Positions 54,931 through 64,000 of a DNA stretch of 64,000 nt are shown in pieces (within the stretch, counting starts at the first letter, position 1; every line of letters starts with the position of its first letter). A program made the translations under genes and the position numbers. The notes under the pieces are model-generated. The model searched no databases. It worked only from the letters and a program-made list of their open reading frames with translations, and was not told the origin of the DNA. Origin of the DNA: Chrysomallon squamiferum (lineage: Eukaryota; Animalia; Mollusca); contig CM022670.1 in NCBI GenBank assembly GCA_012295275.1, forward strand, positions 5,890,001-5,954,000. Reading direction: 5' to 3'.

Positions 54931-55821
54931 ATAGGTAAATTTTAAATTCCTAATAACCAAAAGATAATCAAATTTTTAAAGAAGAAATTCACTGTCTATT
55001 GGAAATATCTGTACACACACACATTCACACACACACACATAAAAAAATACTCACGTATAAATGTTAGAAAGTGCTTACTTTTGATTTAACCAAATGTCAT
55101 TTTTTTCTCTCGCTCCCTCATATATTTCACTTTACCTTTAATCTACTCCCCCCACCCATCCCCCCAAAAAAACACCAAAACCACCAACAGCAATAAAACA
55201 ACAATGGAAAAGAAGAAGAAGAAGAAAAACATACAAAAAAAACAAAAAAAACAACAACAAACAAACAAAAAATCATTCCACTATATATAACATGTGTGCA
55301 GCGCTTGCAACCACTCTCGGTTTGTTTTAATGGTGTGTATTGATGTAAGTTGATTAACTCTGACAAATGGATGTAAATAAATAGTTTTTCTTGTAGTAAT
55401 TTTGTCGAGAACGAACTGGAGCAGACATTCGGAGATAGTAGAACTGTCATGTTCAGTATAGCGAGATAACGAAACTTGTCTTGTGCGATGCTATTGGCTC
55501 GGAAAACCTGTCTCGTCTGTGAAATCTCGAGTCAGCTGGATCGATCCTCGCCAGATGATGAATCAGAAACTGTCTGGCTTCTAGACTGTAAATTTATCTT
55601 TAATATCTTCGAACGTAATCACGTTCTCAGACAGGTACGTACTTACTGTCTACGTCTCTCTCTCTCTGTCTGTATGTCTGTCTCTCTCTATTTCTGTCAG
55701 TGTACCCCTTCTCTTAGTCATGCAGTACACTAGAAGGACTACAGCATTAAATGAGAAATGATGAATAAACAGAAACAGATAGACACCAACAGGCATTTAG
55801 AAAGAAGATAACATGCACATA

Positions 55822-55852
<31 letters not shown>

Positions 55853-56007
55853 CTAAAAAAAAAAAAAGAAGAAAAAAAGCTATAAAAAGTTAAGTGAGCA
55901 TTAGAGATTTGAAAGAAGATGTAGAGTCAGAGTAAGAAATTTAAGAAATAGCTGATAACACATCGACTCTCGAAACAGCAGGCACTGATTTTTGTACTCC
56001 ACACATC

Positions 56008-56265
56008 CAAATAGAAGTTTTATACTGTTACACATTCAAGTAGAAGTTTTATACTGTTACACATTCAAATAAAAGTGTTTATATTATTACATATTCAAGT
56101 AGACGTTTTATTCTGTTATACATTCAAGTAAAGTTTTATATTATTACACATTCACGTAGAAGTTTTATACTGTTACATATTCAAATAGAAGTTTTATACT
56201 GTTACACATTCAAGTAGAAGTTTTATACTGTTACATATTCAAGTACAAGTTTTATACTGTTATAC
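56008..56265. repeat. ~29-bp minisatellite
   Basis: gtagaagttttatactgttacacattcaa units, about 9 copies. Confidence 0.88.
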
Positions 56266-57094
56266 GTAGATTTCTCATTCTATGTTTCTGTGTGTTCCTC
56301 AAATACAAATAAAATGGAAAGCGGTTGATAAAAACGTAAAAAAGTTGCTGGTCTGTCCAAAGTTGTATCTCTGCAGGTTAGAATCAAAGGGCAGCGTACA
56401 CAAATTACATCATAATAAATCATATATGAACCTGATAGTTGGAGATGTACTTGTTGATACTTTTATTCAATGAAAACGTTATCATTCGCACCTGACGTCT
56501 TTCTAACTTTAGAACCAGTCACCCGGTACAAAGTGTGCTGTGAGACCTATCTCCAGTCGAGTCTGTTCGATTGTCGTAAACAGCGATTAGAACGTGTGTT
56601 CACCACCGACTCTCAGATAACGAGCGAACTCGCGTCTCACGATTTCTCTCGCTAACGAGTTTTCTAATAAAACAGACGAAGAACATCGCAAATACTCTCA
56701 TCAGCCGAACACCTCTAGATTCTCTCCGACCGGCCTCTCCACACACGACCAGGCAGCTCGTTTTCGGAGAAAAGCGCACTGAGATTAAAATCTTTAAGTA
56801 ATTTACAGTGTATTTATTTTTAAAATGTAGGTTATAGATAGATCTAGCGTGTGTGAGATTAATGAAAGATAAAAAAAGCTGAGGAAAAAATCGAGATAAA
56901 AAAAAAAAAAAAAAGGTTCAGAAAGTCAGCTTCTCTACGGGAACAGAGGATCAAGTGGCGTGTTTACGTTATAAATATACTTTTCACATACACTGAGGAT
57001 ACACACGTAGAAACTACACCGCGTGTGCACATAACACGCACACGTACATACACACAATAACACACACACACACACATATATATACACACACACC

Positions 57095-57145
<51 letters not shown>

Positions 57146-58226
57146 GTACACACACACACACTATACTACACATATATGTATGTACATATACACAGATGCA
57201 GCAAGGTTGTCTTCATGGCTGAACGGTAACGTCGTCCGCCTTCGGACTGCGGGCGAATGGGTGCCGTACGTTCGAGTCTCGTCAGCGGCATCTGTGAGGT
57301 CGTGATTGGACTCTGTCCTCCTGCCCAGTGCAGTTCCCAAATACTGTCTGTGTGCAGAGTCTAATGAGACGTACATAAGACAGAGAACATTCAAATCCTA
57401 AAAAACAAACATACATACTACAAACCCACTCGGACAGAGACACGTATACAACTTTTATAGAGTAATACATATAACCTATGTATTGTAGTATTTATATATT
57501 TAATATAAACACATAAACTGTTTCGAGATATGACCAAAAAAAAAAAAAGAAGCAGTTTTGCAAATACTCGGTAAATGGTCATTGACACTCACACATTCAT
57601 ACATGCACAGACATGCACACATATAATTATTTTTATTAGTGTCAGGAAATTTATGCTTTATATTTGCCAAATTTAGTTTCTGAAGATCGCATATTCTGGC
57701 CACTTTATGTAGGCGTGTTAACTGTTACTTTTCTTTCTTTAAAACACATACACACAAACATACACACACATACATTCATACAAAGACACACATACACATA
57801 CAAACACACACACACACACACACACACAGTGTAGTGTACTCTTAGTGTTGTTTAAACTGTTAATGACAGCTAGTTTGTTCTAAAATTTCTATCTGTGTTT
57901 GTTCATGTGCGTGAATTCGTGTTAAGCGTAAATACATCAGGACGTCTGTGTGCGCGTGTATGTGTGCGTGGACGTGTGTGTGTATTTTTTAAAGTTTAAT
58001 ACGCGGTGTGTATGATAATGCCGGTGTTTTTAATGACGTGACACAACGTCAGCATCACTTGATCACGACGCCAGAGTGATCTGTTAACCCTGTGTTAACC
58101 CACACCAGTTTCTCTTTGTTCGTCTGACACGTGGCTGCAGAGTGATTGTCATCTATTTATATACACTTGTAACTCCTTAAAGTAGCACGCTCAGCGTAGT
58201 CTTACGTACACATCACTTACTGTTAT

Positions 58227-58260
<34 letters not shown>

Positions 58261-58282
58261 GCTGCTACTACTTCTACTACTA

Positions 58283-58314
<32 letters not shown>

Positions 58315-58349
58315 CCTACTACTACTTCTACTACTACTACTACTATTAC

Positions 58350-58397
<48 letters not shown>

Positions 58398-59069
58398 TGT
58401 TGTTGTTGTTATTTCGTTAGTAGTGCACGGGTTCTAAACTTTCCACTTGCAAATTTTGTAAAACTCTTAACTTAAACCCAAAAAGTAGTATTTTTCAAAG
58501 TGATTTTCCAGTGTGATTTTCCAGTGATTTTTCCATCATTTCTGGGTCCGCCGACAAATTAGCCTGCTACAGGATTTTGTTTGCCATCGTCTGAAGCCAG
58601 AATTTTTCTTAACTATGAAGCCACGTGACTTCGTGACTTTAAAGGAACCTGCTGAAAACATTGTTGTTTTTGTTGTTGTTTATTTTAAAAAACCACAAAA
58701 CCATGTGCTGTTATTTTAATGACACAAGACAGACAACTCATCAGTTAGCATCAAGAGTTTTATGTTTGTCTTCCTGAATTTCCTACGATCGGAGAGCTCA
58801 AACCACTCGGCTTCAAATTATTCAGATACACAGTTTTGTACACGAAAATAAGTCACAGTTTGATCTTTTTAACAAAATGTAAATAAGTTACTAAAGAATA
58901 TATTGGAGACATTATTTATGAATTGACAAATAAATGGATGAATCAGGTTACGGGATATGGCCAATAGATGCATACATTGATAGAATGAAGCAGATCGAAT
59001 TACACGTTTATACATACACATCAGTAAATATTTTCATATATACTCATAAATACAGATAAACACACACAC

Positions 59070-59098
59070 TTATACATACATACATACATATACATACA

Positions 59099-59130
<32 letters not shown>

Positions 59131-59215
59131 CATACATACATATACATACATATATATATACAAACATACATACATACAAACATACATACATACATACATA
59201 CATATATACATATAC

Positions 59216-59276
<61 letters not shown>

Positions 59277-59366
59277 CATACATATATACATACAAACATA
59301 CATACATACATACAAACATACATACATACATACATACACGCATACAAACATACATACATACATACA

Positions 59367-59400
<34 letters not shown>

Positions 59401-59617
59401 CATACAAACATACATACATACATATATACAACATACATACATACATACATACATACATACATACAAACATACATACATACATATATATATACATACATAC
59501 ATACATACATACATATACATACATACATACATACATACATACATACATACATACATAAATACATACATACATATACATACATACATACATACATACTTAC
59601 ATACATACATACATACC
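59070..59617. repeat. Long (ACAT)n tetranucleotide microsatellite
   Basis: About 550 bp of catacatacata. It is the source of the three ~190-aa MYVC ORFs. Confidence 0.95.
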
Positions 59618-60114
59618 AATAAATTTGAAATTCACATGTAATTTTTGCCAATATGCATACTCATTTATTATAGGAGGAACAGAGCAATGACACAGCGAGT
59701 CACTACGGTTGTGTTGTAAAACGTGTCTCGATGTTTTGACAACGGCACGTGTAAGGATGTTACTCAGTCTAAACAGAGGTTAAAGCTACTTAAACATTTC
59801 TCTGTTAGTCAAAACATAGAATTTTAACAAGTAAGTTCTTTGTACCTGTTAAAATAATTAACTCTCTCTCTCTCTACTCAGACTGTTTCTTCATCTGCAC
59901 CTCTCTCACTCTCTCTGTAACTTCCCCCCCCCCCGACTGGAACTGTTTCTTTATCTGTACCACTCACTCACTTAAACTATCTATACAAACATACAAATAA
60001 GATTTTATCTTTACACAGTCCCCACTCTAAACGGTTAATACGCTATTTAGTATTCATACTTATACAATAACAAACACAAAAATATGATAATAATTTTTGT
60101 TTTTATATTTTAAT

Positions 60115-60120
60115 TTTATT
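60115..60120 (-). terminator. Candidate NUDT6 polyadenylation signal
   Basis: AATAAA on the minus strand ~60 nt after the stop codon. The AT-rich context makes a chance occurrence possible. Confidence 0.35.
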
Positions 60121-60179
60121 ATATATTAGTAATTTCAAATAAAAATAAAAGAACTTTTAAAACACATCAAAAGCAGACT

Positions 60180-60517
60180 TTACAATTTCCATTTTTCTGG
60201 AAGTGGTCTGTGATAGATTTTGAATTTTAACCCTTTATACACCGACAACATCTCCTCGCCACATATATCAACATTGTGGAAACCCTCTTCCATACCAAAC
60301 CTCATTAAATCCAGCAACCTCAAAGTGATGGGTGCCGTGGATGTAACCTCTTTCCTCAAATCATCAAGATTCATCCATTCACATCTCCGGATTTCCGAAC
60401 TACACACCTTGATGTCGAAAGTTAACGGCTTTAACCGACAGATGACGTAAATGTCCGAACGTCCGAAGGCGTTTGGGTGCTGATGTTGTTGACGAAATGC
60501 CAGTATTGAGAGGAATT
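60180..60517 (-). CDS. NUDT6: Nudix hydrolase 6 (vertebrate FGF2-antisense gene product), last coding exon; upstream exons lie beyond the right edge
   Basis: ttttgtcag acceptor (phase 1). (E)FLSILAFRQQHQHPNAFGRSDIYVICRLKPLTFDIKVCSSEIRRCEWMNLDDL...YKGLKFKIYHRPLPEKWKL* closely resembles the NUDT6 C-terminal half (RQQH....AFGKSD.Y.ICRLKP...CEWM). TAA at 60182-60180. Confidence 0.92.
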
Positions 60518-60585
60518 CTGACAAAAGATTTATAAACATATATAATAATAATGACAACAACAAAAACTCCAACAACAACAGCAAC

Positions 60586-60624
<39 letters not shown>

Positions 60625-61245
60625 TAATACATCTGAGAGGTTTTAAAGCTAAGACAAACCACACTAATCAAAACATGATCAAATTTATCAATATAGAGAA
60701 AGTTTTACTACTAAATTTATATTTAATACTTCTGAGTCGTACGAAACTGGCTGGAACTGGAGAAAACAACACGCCGCTTTCAGAAGAGACGAGTATATTC
60801 ATTAAACATTCAAATGTCGGCGAGCATTTTAAAAATATAAAAAGAAAAAGATATTAAATAATGTTGAATATCTCACAAACACACACGCGTATGCACATAA
60901 ATACACACAAAAAAAAAAAGACGCACATATACAAACACACATAAACACATACCCATATGTACACATAAAAAAGACAATCAATAAAACTGCTTGTTACGCT
61001 AATGATTAAGTATTGAACTATTTCTAATATGAAATAGTTTTATTTTGTTTGTGTGACCGTCACGTGCTGACTAATACACAAGTAAATATCAGGTAGGTGT
61101 ACGTAGGAATTCTACACAATGAATCTCGTGACGGCAGACTGGATATCAATAAAATCATTCACAGTGAAATCAAGAGTGCGTGGGTTTTACAGCTCAAACC
61201 ACGCGTTCTTGAGTCACTTCTACCCAAACAAACAAACAAACAAAC

Positions 61246-61315
<70 letters not shown>

Positions 61316-61513
61316 TTTGTTCTGCTCAGTTGTAATGTTAAAAAAAAAAAAAAAACGTTTGCTCCAAACCCTCCCGAAAACCACCGAAGACAAGATTGCA
61401 AATAGATCACGTGATCGTTACAGACTGGAATTTTAAATCCCCTGCCCACGCCCACCCACCCCTCCCACAAACAAACAAACAAACAAACAAACAAACAAAC
61501 AAACAAACAAACA

Positions 61514-61583
<70 letters not shown>

Positions 61584-61601
61584 CACGCACGCACGCACAC
61601 G

Positions 61602-61648
<47 letters not shown>

Positions 61649-62534
61649 TACTGGAAGGGTAGACAGAAAGGTAAAAGAGGAAAACAACAATGGCGGGCTC
61701 CGTGCACCATTGGAACCGTTTGAACAGCAGTCTGAGCTTCTCTCGTCCTGTTCTGTGTTTGTAATAAGAAAATTACTTTCAAACACTGTGCTGGTGGTCG
61801 CACGTGCTACGCGCGAGATATTTGTGATTGGCACGTGCTATTAATCCTCGTTCTTTTGATTCGAGTATGAATAATTTTACCGTCACGAGATTATCTCATA
61901 GAAAGTGAGTTTCTTTCACACACGTATTTAACATTCAAATGTGTATTGCATGACCATGTTTCTTGTATGTAACATTTTTATTACAGTTTTGTATTATTTA
62001 ATCTACCGACTTAATGCGACGGTCATATAAATAATTTTTTATTTTTTTTTTTTTTTTATTTTTTTAAAGATTTAAAGCCGTTGGATCTGAAATAATGTCG
62101 TCCTACGCATTTAACGGAGAAGTTTTTTGAAAACTGAGGTCACGTGAATATCTGTGTCAGTTTGAAACTTCGCCAAATTACCGAGGACAGCTTGAAGCTT
62201 GGGACCAGCAGTTTAAAATAATAAACAGTTTTTTTTTTTTTTTTTTTTTATTTGTATTTTTTTTTCAGTCTGAAGTTGTTCACGTGGTGGATGACGACGG
62301 TAGTTAACAGTGACAACAACAGAGACGAACACAGCTGTGTGCTCTCAGTTTTGATAAAACACGTAATAGCGAGAGAAAAGTCGAAGTGTCTGACAGACAT
62401 TTTACACAGACCACTCGAGCAGACTGGCCGCCTATTTCCCGTTCCAGAAATAGACATAATAGCAAAAATAAATACAGGACACATTATTTTATATTAATGT
62501 TGTCGTTTCCGTGGTTTTGTATAGTCAGCACTAG

Positions 62535-62630
62535 ATAAGAAACCCGCTGTAAAAAAAAAAAAAAAAATTATATTAATAATAAACAAGACTTGTTGTATAA
62601 ACAGGGAAACACATACCACAGCCTTTATGG
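62535..62630 (-). mobile_element. Internally deleted SINE fragment
   Basis: The reverse complement has aaaggctgtggtatgtgtttccctgt and acagcgggtttcttatct, two pieces resembling the same SINE family. Confidence 0.35.
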
Positions 62631-63069
62631 TGAATAAGAAGTAATCACAGAAAGTCTTCATCTAACAAGGTTTTTTTACCTTTTTTTCCCCCAAATTCGT
62701 TCTACGAAGTCTTCGATTTATAAAAAAAAAAAATAATAATAATAATAAAATCACGGGACAGACTAACAGTAGTGTTTAGTTACTGCGTGTGTCAAACTCA
62801 CTGGGGAATTATTTTGAAGTTATTGTTATTTTTGTGGGTGTAAACTGAGCGATATGATTGTTTACACATTAATGTTGACAGCCCAGTGTCACAGAAGGCG
62901 TGGCGTTCGGCAGGGCGGGGCTGGTGGAGGTGCATTTTAACAATGCGTGGCGAACATGCACACTGAGTTTATTAATAACACAGACGTAACACGTGTGAAA
63001 ACAAAACAAAATGTTACATCTAGTACGTATACTCGACAAAACAAAATACTCGCTAATATAGACTGCAAC

Positions 63070-63660
63070 CATTAATATGTGATTCAAATTTGCAGACATT
63101 AATATGTGATTCAAATTTGCACACATTAATACATTAACACATAACACTACACAATTACAATTCACATTTGCACACATTAATACATAACACATACATACTA
63201 CACACATTAATAACAGACATTAATACATAACACATACATACTACACACATTAATATGTGATTCAAATTTGCACACATTAATACATAACACATACATACTA
63301 CACACATTAATATGTGATTCAAATTTGCACACATTAATACATAACACATACATACTACACACATTAATATGAGATTCAAATTTGCACACATTAAAATGTA
63401 ACACATACATACTACACACATTAATATGTGATTCAAATTTGCACACATTAATACATAACACATACATACTACACACATTAATATGTGATTAATTCAACAT
63501 ACATACTACACACATTAATATGAGATTCAAATTTGCACACATTAAAATGTAACACATACATACACATTACACATTAATACATAACAACATCTACACACAT
63601 TAATTTGACACATTAATGCGTAACACATACACATTACACACATTAACAAGTCACAATTAT
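63070..63660. repeat. 57-bp minisatellite in the last NUDT6 intron
   Basis: attaatatgtgattcaaatttgcacacattaatacataacacatacatactacacac units. Confidence 0.9.
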
Positions 63661-64000
63661 TTGACATACGTCAATACGTAACATTTATCTACGTAACTAA
63701 AATACATAATTCTCCATAATACGTAAATAAGTCATATTAATGTACACATACGTTCATACAATTACTTATTTACATATGCGATAATATGTAACATAAATAC
63801 ATAACCAAAATAAGTAATTCTTGTTTACTAATATGTTAATATGTATTTTTTTTCTCTATACATACATTAATACATAATTCAGTTTTTTGTATTCCTTGTG
63901 AATAGAGGGAAGTACTATGTTTTATTAGATATGTGCACCAGATGTAATGTCGCACTACAAAGAAAAAGCAGTGTGGAAATGTCACAATTTATCTCTACCG

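Noticed and set aside
52650-56265. Regularly spaced 25-38-bp repeats as CRISPR-like arrays
   Set aside because: They are head-to-tail tandem units without unique spacers, in a eukaryotic context with no cas genes.
59021-59651. Three ~190-aa ORFs (MYVC repeats), the longest in the track
   Set aside because: They are translations of an (ACAT)n microsatellite with no coding features.
60518-60671. Hydrophobic poly-Leu N-terminus of the 163-aa NUDT6 ORF as a signal peptide
   Set aside because: It lies upstream of the splice acceptor at 60518-60519 and is an intronic ATT/GTT microsatellite.
63155-63478. Repetitive Cys-rich ORFs as upstream NUDT6 exons
   Set aside because: They come from the 57-bp minisatellite. 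I found no Nudix-box (REVxEETG) exon in 60518-64000.

Overview
AT-rich, microsatellite-dense eukaryotic DNA. It is probably from an invertebrate, and SINE-like remnants suggest a mollusc/gastropod (inference). Three spliced protein-coding genes can be reconstructed by hand. (1) The first three coding exons of a MICU2/3-like mitochondrial calcium uptake gene on the minus strand (16172-15957, 12898-12754, 4729-4619; it continues off the left edge). (2) A complete three-coding-exon fibroblast growth factor gene on the plus strand (18557-18788, 28345-28448, 30958-31494; 290 aa, signal peptide, canonical 104-nt middle exon, long basic Cys-containing tail), head-to-head with MICU. (3) The last coding exon of NUDT6 on the minus strand (60517-60180), convergent with FGF across a ~28 kb CpG-retaining interval with no recognisable gene. 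The main finding is that one FGF gene is flanked, in the vertebrate orientations, by the neighbour of FGF9/FGF20 (MICU2/MICU3, head-to-head) and by the neighbour of FGF2 (NUDT6, tail-to-tail). Other points: a sharp CpG boundary near 15.4 kb, a uORF-rich FGF leader, a minisatellite that multiplies the FGF exon-2 donor, a ~263-bp near-perfect inverted repeat, an array of CAGGTAAGT U1 sites and clustered CRE palindromes. Nearly all other ORFs in the supplied track are repeat artefacts. All counts are by eye.
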